Shown here: positions 8,881-17,481 of the stretch, in pieces
How positions within the stretch are numbered: the stretch's first letter is position 1
Layout: each line of letters opens with the position of its first letter
UHGV virus genome: UHGV-0038498
DNA: 64,000 nt
From: a virus
Strand: one strand, 5' to 3'
Notes under the pieces: model-generated
The model's input: only the letters and a program-made list of their open reading frames with translations
The model's database searches: none
Told to the model about the DNA's origin: nothing
Position numbers and translations under genes: made by a program

Positions 8881-9849
8881 ATGAAAACTGTAACTATCAA
8901 TAAGGGTATCTACTTCGGTAAAGAAATCTCTGGAACTTTTGAGCTCTTAGGCGAATGGTTCCCAGATAATGCTCCGGTAGATGCACAAGGAGATGGTAAA
9001 GTTTTTGTTGAAATTGACGGTAAACGTCGCGGTGTTTGGGTTTACAAATCAGATATTTCATATGATGGTGTAAAGGTTGAAGAAGTTAAAGAATCGTATG
9101 AAGATATGAAAACCCGCATTAATAAAAGATTTAATGTTATGGGAATGATGACGAATGGTATTATTAATGGAAATATTCGTTCATTAATTATCTCTGGCGC
9201 AGCAGGTATTGGTAAAACGTATTCTTTAGATAAAGCTTTGAATAAAGCAAATGATATTGGATACATTGAATATAAAAGCATTAATGGTAAAATCTCTGGT
9301 ATTGGTCTTTATGAGCAGCTTTGGAATAATCGTGAAGAGAATTCTGTCCTTTTGATTGATGATGTGGATGTTTTCTCTGATATGGACATTCTTAATCTTC
9401 TAAAAGCTGCTCTGGACACCGGAGAGACCCGTAAAGTCTGCTGGAGCACTGCGTCTTCTTACTTAGAAGAAAAAGGCATTGAGCGTGAGTTTGAATTTAA
9501 AGGAACGATTGTTTTTATCACAAACGTTGACATTGACCGCGAATTAGACCGTGGTACTAAACTTGCTCCACATTTACAAGCATTAGTGTCCCGCTCAGTT
9601 TATTTGGATTTGGGTGTTCACACTAATGAAGAAATTATGGTCAGGGTTGAAGATGTTATTCTTTCAACTGACATGATGCAAAAGCGCGGTCTTTCTGATG
9701 AAGAAACTTATAAAGCATTATCATGGATGAAAGTTAATGTTAACCGTTTGCGCAATGTTTCACTGCGTACTGCTCTTTATCTTGCTGACTTTATTATGAC
9801 CGACAAAAACGGTTGGGAAGAAATCGCTGAGGTTACTCTTCTGAAATAA
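8881..9849 (+). CDS. P-loop ATPase (AAA-like)
   Basis: Walker A GAAGIGKT, Walker B VLLIDDVD; first ATG after promoter cassette with GGAG SD. Confidence 0.65.
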   Translation: MKTVTINKGIYFGKEISGTFELLGEWFPDNAPVDAQGDGKVFVEIDGKRRGVWVYKSDISYDGVKVEEVKESYEDMKTRINKRFNVMGMMTNGIINGNIRSLIISGAAGIGKTYSLDKALNKANDIGYIEYKSINGKISGIGLYEQLWNNREENSVLLIDDVDVFSDMDILNLLKAALDTGETRKVCWSTASSYLEEKGIEREFEFKGTIVFITNVDIDRELDRGTKLAPHLQALVSRSVYLDLGVHTNEEIMVRVEDVILSTDMMQKRGLSDEETYKALSWMKVNVNRLRNVSLRTALYLADFIMTDKNGWEEIAEVTLLK

Positions 9850-9950
9850 TTCATAAGAGGACTTCTATGACAAAAAGGCAGTTCAGAAATAGATTATATG
9901 GACTGCCATTAAAAAGATGACTAGAATTAAACTGGTGAATGGAGGTAGTG

Positions 9951-10253
9951 ATGTTATACTCAAAGGCTCGTGAAATTTACGAAACTAAAATTAAAGAAGC
10001 AGTATTTCAGTTCGCAACGACAATGCGATGGACAAATGACTGGGAGTATTCAAAAAATCATAAGAAGCCCATGGTGACAAGAAAGGCTCATATGTTAGTG
10101 TTAATAGACCGTGAGCAGATTAAAGCCCGAGAAGCCCTCCAGAATCATAAAAAGGCTGCCTTTGAATGGTTTATGGATAACACTGCTCCTGAGACCAAGA
10201 AAGCGGTAAGTGCATGGTTCAGTGGAAAAAATTGTGAAAGAAGTTTCTTTTAG
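9951..10253 (+). CDS. hypothetical protein (100 aa)
   Basis: ATG 9951 preceded by GGAGG; track start 9939 also ATG. Confidence 0.5.
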   Translation: MLYSKAREIYETKIKEAVFQFATTMRWTNDWEYSKNHKKPMVTRKAHMLVLIDREQIKAREALQNHKKAAFEWFMDNTAPETKKAVSAWFSGKNCERSFF

Positions 10254-10292
10254 TGGTTTACAAGACTGTTCCTCTGTGGTACTATACAACTA
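10250..10292 (+). promoter_or_regulatory. early promoter cassette with stem-loop arms
   Basis: GTTTACAAGACTGTTCCTCTGTGGTACTAT; arms GTTCCTC/GAGGAAC. Confidence 0.6.
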
Positions 10293-10313
10293 TCAACTAC
10301 GGAGGAACACAAA

Positions 10314-10841
10314 ATGAACGCTAAAGATATTTTCAACTTGGTAAATTACAACGATGGTAAATTTAAATCTGAAGCGCAAAGCAAGTTCTTTAACGACATC
10401 TCAATCGGAGGTGAAATCACTGTTGATGGAGGACAAATTTACAAATCCCGTTGGAATTGGATCGTTATTATTGATGAGATCGGTATTGTAGAAATTTACA
10501 AAAATACGAATAAAAATCGTACATTGCACTGGTCTCGTGATACTAACGAACAGTACAAAAAGGATAAAGCATCTAAATTATCTCGTATAACTCAAGAAGA
10601 TATTGAGTTTATCAAGAAAGATATTTTAATGTATGATAACTTAATTGCTGAAGAGCAAGCTGTTATTGATAAATTTGACGAGATTAAAGCTTCTCGTGAA
10701 ATTCCTGATTTTATGAAAGAATCAGTAAATGAACGATACACTCTCATTTCAGAGCGTATTGAAACTTACAAAAAGCAAAGAGCTGAACGCCAAAATACTC
10801 TTCGGAAGTTTGAAGAACGGTTAAAGACGGTACTCGCATAA
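10314..10841 (+). CDS. hypothetical protein with C-terminal coiled coil (175 aa)
   Basis: Early promoter plus ACGGAGGA SD upstream; heptad-rich C-terminus. Confidence 0.6.
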   Translation: MNAKDIFNLVNYNDGKFKSEAQSKFFNDISIGGEITVDGGQIYKSRWNWIVIIDEIGIVEIYKNTNKNRTLHWSRDTNEQYKKDKASKLSRITQEDIEFIKKDILMYDNLIAEEQAVIDKFDEIKASREIPDFMKESVNERYTLISERIETYKKQRAERQNTLRKFEERLKTVLA

Positions 10842-10896
10842 CCGCTTTATACCAAGGATGGTATAATGGTTTTAAGCCCTTTTAATTGAGATTATT

Positions 10897-11304
10897 ATGA
10901 AACAGTTGATAATTAAAAGATTGAATTTATTGATATGTTGTTTATGTGTAGTAATTGCATATGGTTATTACGCAATTAATGATTATATGCATTATAAAGA
11001 TTATGATGTTACTGTAGTTAATACCATTACAGGAACACAAGGAAAAGGGTCTAGTTTATCGTTTATTGCCGTATATGAACTCAAAGATGGTTATAGATTT
11101 AGTGAATATATTTCCCCAGAGATGTATTCTTCAATAGAAAAAGGTGATAATATTACTGTAAGTTTACGTCCTTTCGACGTAAAACAGACATTGTTTGATA
11201 ATATTGTTTGGTTCTTTGGAATGGTATTAGTTCAATCTGTGTGTGGTGCTTATATAGTCTGTTCCATCTTATTCTGTATATTTAGTAAAATTGAAATTGA
11301 GTGA
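10897..11304 (+). CDS. membrane protein (135 aa)
   Basis: Hydrophobic N- and C-terminal segments. Confidence 0.55.
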   Translation: MKQLIIKRLNLLICCLCVVIAYGYYAINDYMHYKDYDVTVVNTITGTQGKGSSLSFIAVYELKDGYRFSEYISPEMYSSIEKGDNITVSLRPFDVKQTLFDNIVWFFGMVLVQSVCGAYIVCSILFCIFSKIEIE

Positions 11305-11311
11305 GGAAAAT

Positions 11312-12202
11312 ATGTCAGTAGTAATTAATAATGTCAATGCAGTAATTAAATCTTTAGTTAATAAAAAAATGATGAATGAATGGACTGTATTTCGCCGTGC
11401 AGAGCCAGATAAATTTTTTCATAGATTTAACCCAACTTTGGATTTGAATGTTATCGACAGAGATGTTCATGCAGAAATTTTAGATAAGTTTAAAGTTGAT
11501 ATTGGATTTGGATTAGAAAAACATTTGCAGCGAACAAATGGGTCTGGAATGAGTTTATCTAATCGCATTATGAAAGCCCTTAATAAAATTGGAGCATTGT
11601 CTCGTATTAACGCGAGTGAAATCCTTCGTAATTATAATAAAGGATATGACCTTTATGGTCGACTAATGCCGAAATTATCATTCGATCAAATGATTGCGGA
11701 TTTGTGGGAAAATCAACGACGATTATTAGCATTAGGCGCTCGATTAGCTAAAGGTCTAGATAAACAAATGATTTTTAAGACCAATAATACAGAAGACCTT
11801 AAATGCTTTAAATTTAGTATTCGTGGCGATGATTATTACATCAGAGCTCACTCTACAGATTATGTTAATATGGGGCATCATCTCTGTTTAGCTTTTGAAG
11901 TTTTAAAAGAAGCTGGAACATTAGAATATTCATCTGGTGCAAAATGCCCTATTGGTTCAAGTTGTATTTTAATTTATCGCCCGAATGAATCTAGTTCAAC
12001 TACATTGCCTACAAAACCTGTGCCAGTTCGTAGTAACGAAAAACATTCTGAACAAATTGATTATTTTAATAAACAGATTGAAGAGCTGAATATTTCTATT
12101 CAACAATATGATGATGAAATTTTTAGACTATCTGGATTGAGTAGTAAAGCTAAATCTGAGCGTGAAAAGTTAATTAAAATTGTTGATTTACTTAAATCTT
12201 AA
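11312..12202 (+). CDS. coiled-coil-tailed hypothetical protein, paralogue family member 1
   Basis: ATG with GAGGAAAA SD; globular N-domain plus C-terminal heptad repeat. Confidence 0.6.
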   Translation: MSVVINNVNAVIKSLVNKKMMNEWTVFRRAEPDKFFHRFNPTLDLNVIDRDVHAEILDKFKVDIGFGLEKHLQRTNGSGMSLSNRIMKALNKIGALSRINASEILRNYNKGYDLYGRLMPKLSFDQMIADLWENQRRLLALGARLAKGLDKQMIFKTNNTEDLKCFKFSIRGDDYYIRAHSTDYVNMGHHLCLAFEVLKEAGTLEYSSGAKCPIGSSCILIYRPNESSSTTLPTKPVPVRSNEKHSEQIDYFNKQIEELNISIQQYDDEIFRLSGLSSKAKSEREKLIKIVDLLKS

Positions 12203-12210
12203 GGAACACC

Positions 12211-13233
12211 ATGAAAACTCGTTCTCAAATTGAAGATATGGTTCGTAACGCCAGCTATACTCGTGATGTTATGACATTTTTGTGCCAAAATAATTTAGAC
12301 CCTGATAAAGTTAATCGTGTTATTCATCACTTTAAGTATACGAATAGCAGTGAATGGGTGCGTAATTTTAGTAAAGCGGGGTATATTACACAAATGACTG
12401 CTCGTGAGCAGCTCACCGATTTCTGTAAAACTATTGATTATAAAAATCCTCTATTTGTTCAAGGCGTTGGTCAAAGTAAGGTCGATTTATCATCTGGATT
12501 TTTCAATCCAAATCATTATCGTATTGAATGGAGATTTATTGCTCTATTCCGTAGACAATTAAAGCAAATTTTATCAACTGCGAGTCGATTAAAAGGTTCT
12601 GACATTAACTTAAAGAACCTGAAATTTGATGGTTATACTCTTCAGATGGAAGTAAGACCATTAAAAGAAAATAACAGAACTGCACGAATTAGCTTTAAAC
12701 CTAATACAAAAAATTCTCTTTCAATTTGCGAATGCCTTAAATCACAGTTGACAGAAGCATTTAAGTATATGGATGTTGTTGCCGCTGTTCAGTCTAAGAT
12801 TTTACCTCGTTTTGAGCGATTTAAATTAGACACAACAACGTATGAACTTGATATGATCGTTTCATTTAAATACGATTTTTTGAGAAAGGACGAAGTCCCG
12901 CAAGAGAAAAAGCAGGAAGTGCAGGATATCTTAAATTTATCCAATTACTCATCAAACGATCCTAAATTTTGGATGTATAGTTCAGGTAATAATGATGCAT
13001 GGAAATTCAATAAAGTGAATTTTCTTCCTGTTGAAAATCCGAGTCTTAAACCTGTTGAAAAATGGCATGCAGATGCGATTGAGAAGTCTATCAAGGCAGT
13101 AGATGATGAACTCGTTAAAGCAACTAATGAAGTGTTAGAAGCTGAAAAGGTGTTAGAACAAGCACAATCAAGAGTTCAAAATCTGACAAAACAACGTTCT
13201 AAACTGAACAATGCACTAAATGCACTGAACTAG
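12211..13233 (+). CDS. coiled-coil-tailed hypothetical protein, paralogue family member 2
   Basis: 340 aa; motif FRRQLKQILSTASRLKG; C-terminal leucine heptads ...LNNALNALN. Confidence 0.65.
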   Translation: MKTRSQIEDMVRNASYTRDVMTFLCQNNLDPDKVNRVIHHFKYTNSSEWVRNFSKAGYITQMTAREQLTDFCKTIDYKNPLFVQGVGQSKVDLSSGFFNPNHYRIEWRFIALFRRQLKQILSTASRLKGSDINLKNLKFDGYTLQMEVRPLKENNRTARISFKPNTKNSLSICECLKSQLTEAFKYMDVVAAVQSKILPRFERFKLDTTTYELDMIVSFKYDFLRKDEVPQEKKQEVQDILNLSNYSSNDPKFWMYSSGNNDAWKFNKVNFLPVENPSLKPVEKWHADAIEKSIKAVDDELVKATNEVLEAEKVLEQAQSRVQNLTKQRSKLNNALNALN

Positions 13234-13268
13234 TTTACTTTGCCACAAGGATGTGGTATAATGTTCTT
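13228..13268 (+). promoter_or_regulatory. T4-type early promoter with CCACAAGGATGTGG spacer element
   Basis: GTTTAC, spacer inverted repeat CCACA/TGTGG, TATAAT. Confidence 0.6.
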
Positions 13269-13290
13269 ACTTTCTACTGAGGAGATTATT

Positions 13291-14292
13291 ATGACTCGTA
13301 ACGAATATATCAAATCATTCAATAGCGTTATTGATGATAAAGTTAAACCCATGTCTAGTCAGAATGCTGTTCTTTCTATTATCAATCAATGGCTCAGCAG
13401 TATTGATGCAAGTATTGTTTCTTCCAGTAAATTTATTCATGAAGTTCGTGAAATTTCTAGCCGCGTAGATAAAGATGATATTAAGATAACCTTTAAAGGG
13501 TCTCGTCTTCTTTCATATTTGGTTAATCGGGATATTCTTGGTAATTTTGGGAAAGAAATTAAACGAACTAAAGGTGTAATAGGATACAATTGGTTCGGTG
13601 ATGTTAATTCTTATCATCTTAATATTAAAGAAGACCCTAAGAATATTTTTACTCGTCGTTGGATTAGTAATTTCAGACTTTTCAAGAAGCAACTTTTAAA
13701 ATCAGCTTCTAAATTATGTTATGGTGATTATCGTCAAATTCATCCTTTGGCTTCTGATATGATTATCGTAAAAGAATATGAGCTTGATAAAAATAAAGTA
13801 GCTATTTTTGTGAATTATGAATTTTTTACACCAGAAGCTAACCAAAGGAATATTAATAAATTTTTCTCAATTGCTAGCACTATAACTCATCAATTAGAAA
13901 CGGCTTTGGATTGTATGGAAACTGTAAAAAGTATTCATACATATCCTTTCAAAAATATGTGTGGTTGGGAAGGATATAAAATTATAGTTAGTCTCCGTGA
14001 AGTAAAGTGTGCGTACTCACCGACTAATAAAGAAATTTACCAACAAAAATGTGATGAAATTGTGAATACTCCTAAAGAAGAAACTACCCTTGAGGAACTA
14101 ATGGATAATCTTGACGATTCGCCTGAACCGCTAGAAATTCGTCCAGAAGTTATTGCACTAGAAAAAGCTTATAAAGAAGTTCTAGAAATTTCTAATAAAG
14201 CGCAGAAAGAATATGAACAGGCTAAAAGGATTTGGGAAGAATCTGTTAATCGTCTTGATCGTCTTGAACAAGCTTTACAGTTAATTAAGTAA
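13291..14292 (+). CDS. coiled-coil-tailed hypothetical protein, paralogue family member 3
   Basis: ATG after own early promoter and GAGGAG SD; motif FKKQLLKSASKLCYG. Confidence 0.65.
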   Translation: MTRNEYIKSFNSVIDDKVKPMSSQNAVLSIINQWLSSIDASIVSSSKFIHEVREISSRVDKDDIKITFKGSRLLSYLVNRDILGNFGKEIKRTKGVIGYNWFGDVNSYHLNIKEDPKNIFTRRWISNFRLFKKQLLKSASKLCYGDYRQIHPLASDMIIVKEYELDKNKVAIFVNYEFFTPEANQRNINKFFSIASTITHQLETALDCMETVKSIHTYPFKNMCGWEGYKIIVSLREVKCAYSPTNKEIYQQKCDEIVNTPKEETTLEELMDNLDDSPEPLEIRPEVIALEKAYKEVLEISNKAQKEYEQAKRIWEESVNRLDRLEQALQLIK

Positions 14293-14344
14293 TTTAAAGC
14301 CAAGGATGGCTTGGAGCATAAATCATTAACTAAGTGAGAAGAAT

Positions 14345-15274
14345 ATGAAAACTCGTAAACATTATATTGATTATTTTGACAGTCTTATTACTAAACACCG
14401 TAATTATCAGATCGGACACAGAGCAGTAATCAATAATATTCTTCGTGATTTCCTTCAATATGTTGGCCAGGAAAATCATATCTGTAAAGATACTCAAAAC
14501 GCCTATTCTCATTCATTGGGCAATTTGCTTGAATGGTTTAAACGTTCTCGTATGTTATCTTCTACTGTAGCTCGCGATAACATTAAAAACTTTATGAAGC
14601 CGAGCTTCATTAAATCTGCAACATCTATAACCGATTTGGTTGAATTTACTATTGTTAACGATGTTAAAAAGACCCACTTGGCTGATTGGTTATCTACCAT
14701 TCCTGAAACTAAATTTGCTGATAAATTTGCTTGTCAATTCAATGACCAAGTGAATATGCTTTTTAAGCATGCTCGCAAACTATTTACTGCTGGTGATGAC
14801 CGTACAAATACAGTTCATGTTAAGGATTGGGTTATTGCTGATGAAGTAACACACAAGCCAGGTGGTTCATCAGTGTTAATTAATATCCAGGTTCCTTATT
14901 ATTACTCACGTAATCTTGGCACCATGAACTCTAAAGAAATTAATAAGCACAACAAAACTATTCGTTCGTTGTCTTATAAACTCCGCATGATGTTAAAAAT
15001 CATGGACGTAGTAGAAATATATGACGAAATCGAAGATAATGGTTCAATGTTATACAGTTCACGTATTCTAATTAAACTGAAGAACCCTAATACATATAAG
15101 ACAGTTGTAAAAGAGCCTAAAGTAGAAAAGATTGATAACTTGAGCGAAGAACGTGAATATCTCAATGCTCGTTTGATTGAAGTTGAAGCCCAGATTGCCG
15201 AACACACCAAATTGTTAAAAGCTCTTAATGCAAAAGCAAATGGTTTACGTAATGCTATTGAGGTATTGAAATGA
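14345..15274 (+). CDS. coiled-coil-tailed hypothetical protein, paralogue family member 4
   Basis: 309 aa; C-terminal coiled coil ...LLKALNAKANGLRNAIEVLK. Confidence 0.6.
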   Translation: MKTRKHYIDYFDSLITKHRNYQIGHRAVINNILRDFLQYVGQENHICKDTQNAYSHSLGNLLEWFKRSRMLSSTVARDNIKNFMKPSFIKSATSITDLVEFTIVNDVKKTHLADWLSTIPETKFADKFACQFNDQVNMLFKHARKLFTAGDDRTNTVHVKDWVIADEVTHKPGGSSVLINIQVPYYYSRNLGTMNSKEINKHNKTIRSLSYKLRMMLKIMDVVEIYDEIEDNGSMLYSSRILIKLKNPNTYKTVVKEPKVEKIDNLSEEREYLNARLIEVEAQIAEHTKLLKALNAKANGLRNAIEVLK

Positions 15275-15639
15275 AAAAGCGTCTATTAGAAGATATTGCC
15301 GAAGCTTCAGATTTTCCTGAATGGACTCCATGCGCTGGGTTTGATAAAGGACTGTTAGTTACTGACGATTTAGATTTTAAACCTCCAGCCTGGGATGCTA
15401 TTATGGCTATGGTTGAACGTCGCGAAAGGGCTTCTAAAAACGTTCCTAATTGTCCTGAATGCGGTACTGAACAGGTTCAATTAATTAACTGGCGTAAACC
15501 GGAACTTGAATATAAATGCCGTCATTGTAAACACAAATTTAGCAAGCATGCTCCGGAAATGGTTAAATTACCTGACTCTACTGAGTTCTTTAAAGAACTT
15601 GCGAGTGTTCAACCAATGCCTAATAATATTTTGGATTAA
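15271..15639 (+). CDS. zinc-ribbon protein (122 aa)
   Basis: CPECG-x18-CRHCKHKF four-Cys ribbon. Confidence 0.55.
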   Translation: MKKRLLEDIAEASDFPEWTPCAGFDKGLLVTDDLDFKPPAWDAIMAMVERRERASKNVPNCPECGTEQVQLINWRKPELEYKCRHCKHKFSKHAPEMVKLPDSTEFFKELASVQPMPNNILD

Positions 15640-15660
15640 AAATGACAAAGCGTAAAGAAT

Positions 15661-15882
15661 ATGGAGACTGCTGAAAAGGCAGTCCGTGAATTAGCAATAG
15701 CGTATTATAATGAACATGGTAAATTTCCTGATAGATACAGCGTGCTTAAATCTGCTTTAACTCGTTCATATAAAAATATGCTATCAGAAGTAAGTGATAT
15801 TATATACAAACATAAAGAACAAACGGGCCAAAGTCTTGATTACGACGAGACTTTTAAACAAGTACTAGGAATTAAGGAATAA
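15661..15882 (+). CDS. hypothetical protein (73 aa)
   Basis: ORF track; directly upstream of nrdC. Confidence 0.5.
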
Positions 15883-15883
15883 T

Positions 15884-16147
15884 ATGTTTAAAGTATATGG
15901 TTATGATAGCAGCATCCATAAATGTGTGTATTGCGATAATGCAAAACGTCTTTTGACCGTGAAGAAACAGCCGTTTGAATTTATCAACATTATGCCGGAA
16001 AAAGGTGTTTTTGATGATGAGAAAATCGCTGAGCTTCTGACGAAACTGGGTCGTGATACTCAAATTGGTTTGACGATGCCTCAGGTATTTGCTCCTGATG
16101 GAAGTCATATTGGCGGATTTGACCAATTGCGGGAATACTTTAAATGA
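15884..16147 (+). CDS. nrdC: glutaredoxin/thioredoxin NrdC
   Basis: 87 aa; CVYC redox motif; matches T4 NrdC as recalled. Confidence 0.9.
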   Translation: MFKVYGYDSSIHKCVYCDNAKRLLTVKKQPFEFINIMPEKGVFDDEKIAELLTKLGRDTQIGLTMPQVFAPDGSHIGGFDQLREYFK

Positions 16148-16359
16148 TGCTCGAAGGAACTGATTATATCCATGACTACCGCGGAAGCGCGGTATATGTA
16201 GGTGATGAAGTTGCAGTTTACTATGGGTATGGAACTTTGATGACAGCCAAGGTTATTCAAATTAAAAATAATCGTGCTAAACTCGAAGTTTATTATTCTA
16301 ACGGTGAAAAGTCTATTTCTAAATGGAAATACGGCGATTGTATGGTCAAACTGGGGTAA
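16144..16359 (+). CDS. hypothetical protein (71 aa)
   Basis: ORF track; ATGA overlap with nrdC. Confidence 0.5.
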   Translation: MMLEGTDYIHDYRGSAVYVGDEVAVYYGYGTLMTAKVIQIKNNRAKLEVYYSNGEKSISKWKYGDCMVKLG

Positions 16360-16361
16360 AT

Positions 16362-16532
16362 ATGATTTACGATATTAGCGTATCAAGAACTCCGTCAATG
16401 GTTACTATTCCAGCTGAAGAATTAGATCGTCTTCAGAAAATTGAAGAGCTTCTTTGGGAAATTGAATCTGATTTGCCATCAGGACTAGAATCCTGGATTG
16501 ATTACGAAGAACTTAATAAATTGCGAAATTAA
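16362..16532 (+). CDS. hypothetical protein (56 aa)
   Basis: First ATG in frame of track ORF 16323. Confidence 0.4.
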   Translation: MIYDISVSRTPSMVTIPAEELDRLQKIEELLWEIESDLPSGLESWIDYEELNKLRN

Positions 16533-16542
16533 TTGGTGACAA

Positions 16543-16863
16543 ATGACTATTGAAAATAAATTAGATGTTGATGCAGTTCTGAGTGAAATCATCGAAGACC
16601 ATGATGCATTTTCAGAAAATTATGATTTCGATTTTTCGGATTATCTTAAACCTATCGAAATAGAAGACTGGGTGCAAGATGGTAAATGCCAATATCGTCA
16701 GTGTGTTTATTTTAGTCCAAAACATAACGTTCATGTGTCTGTAAATGAATCTCGTTCAGGTTCTTACCATTCTGACTGGTATTATGCAGTTCCGACTGTT
16801 GAACTAGTCGAGCCCCGTGAACGTGTAGTAACTCAGACAGTACGAGAATGGATTACGCTATAA
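16543..16863 (+). CDS. hypothetical protein (106 aa)
   Basis: ORF track. Confidence 0.5.
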   Translation: MTIENKLDVDAVLSEIIEDHDAFSENYDFDFSDYLKPIEIEDWVQDGKCQYRQCVYFSPKHNVHVSVNESRSGSYHSDWYYAVPTVELVEPRERVVTQTVREWITL

Positions 16864-16986
16864 AACCTTGGTGGGCGGCTAGATGGGAAACAGTAGAGCC
16901 AGAGCCGGAAGAACCGGTTTACACCGATGAAGAAACAGTATATAATGAACCGACGATAAATGACTTAATTGATATGGAGATGGGAC

Positions 16987-17433
16987 ATGATTACAGTAGA
17001 TAAGTGGTTTAGAATTAATCGTGCTGATAAAGGGTTGTGTAATTACTGGCCTGAACTTAGTGCAGGTACTGTCTTTAAAGTTCGTGAACTTGCAAAAGAA
17101 TGTGAAGATGACATAGAACCTGATACTGGAATTATTGAAATTGAACTTTCTGATGGAAAGATTATTAACATCTACGATAAGCCAATTACGTATTGGTGCT
17201 TGTGGAATACTGAATCAGCAGAAAATGGCGAAATTGAAGAAGTTGTAGAACGAACTGATCAAGTTCTTCATAAACCTAAAGCTGGATTTCAGGGTGAACG
17301 TATTTCATATGCATTAGCTAAATTAGCTGCACAAGAAAATAATGATGGTTATGAAGGAAATTTGATGCAAGCTGCAGCAGAATATATTGAATGGCTTGAA
17401 ACTCAAATTTCTTTTTCTGACCGAGCGTTTTAA
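16987..17433 (+). CDS. hypothetical protein (148 aa), position of T4 pin
   Basis: In-frame ATG of track ORF 16969; identity with Pin not verified. Confidence 0.45.
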   Translation: MITVDKWFRINRADKGLCNYWPELSAGTVFKVRELAKECEDDIEPDTGIIEIELSDGKIINIYDKPITYWCLWNTESAENGEIEEVVERTDQVLHKPKAGFQGERISYALAKLAAQENNDGYEGNLMQAAAEYIEWLETQISFSDRAF

Positions 17434-17450
17434 TACTTGAAATAATAAAT

Positions 17451-17479
17451 ACCCTTATCTATTTAAGGTAAGGGTTTTA
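17451..17479 (+). terminator. hairpin upstream of gene 49
   Basis: ACCCTTA ... TAAGGGT stem then TTTT, 3 nt before ATG of 49. Confidence 0.45.
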
Positions 17480-17481
17480 TT

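Noticed and set aside
8799-8887. Possible CRISPR-like repeat array suggested by repeated 50-70 bp elements
   Set aside because: Copies are kilobases apart, each sits immediately 5' of a gene and contains promoter -35/-10 and SD elements; no regular repeat-spacer periodicity
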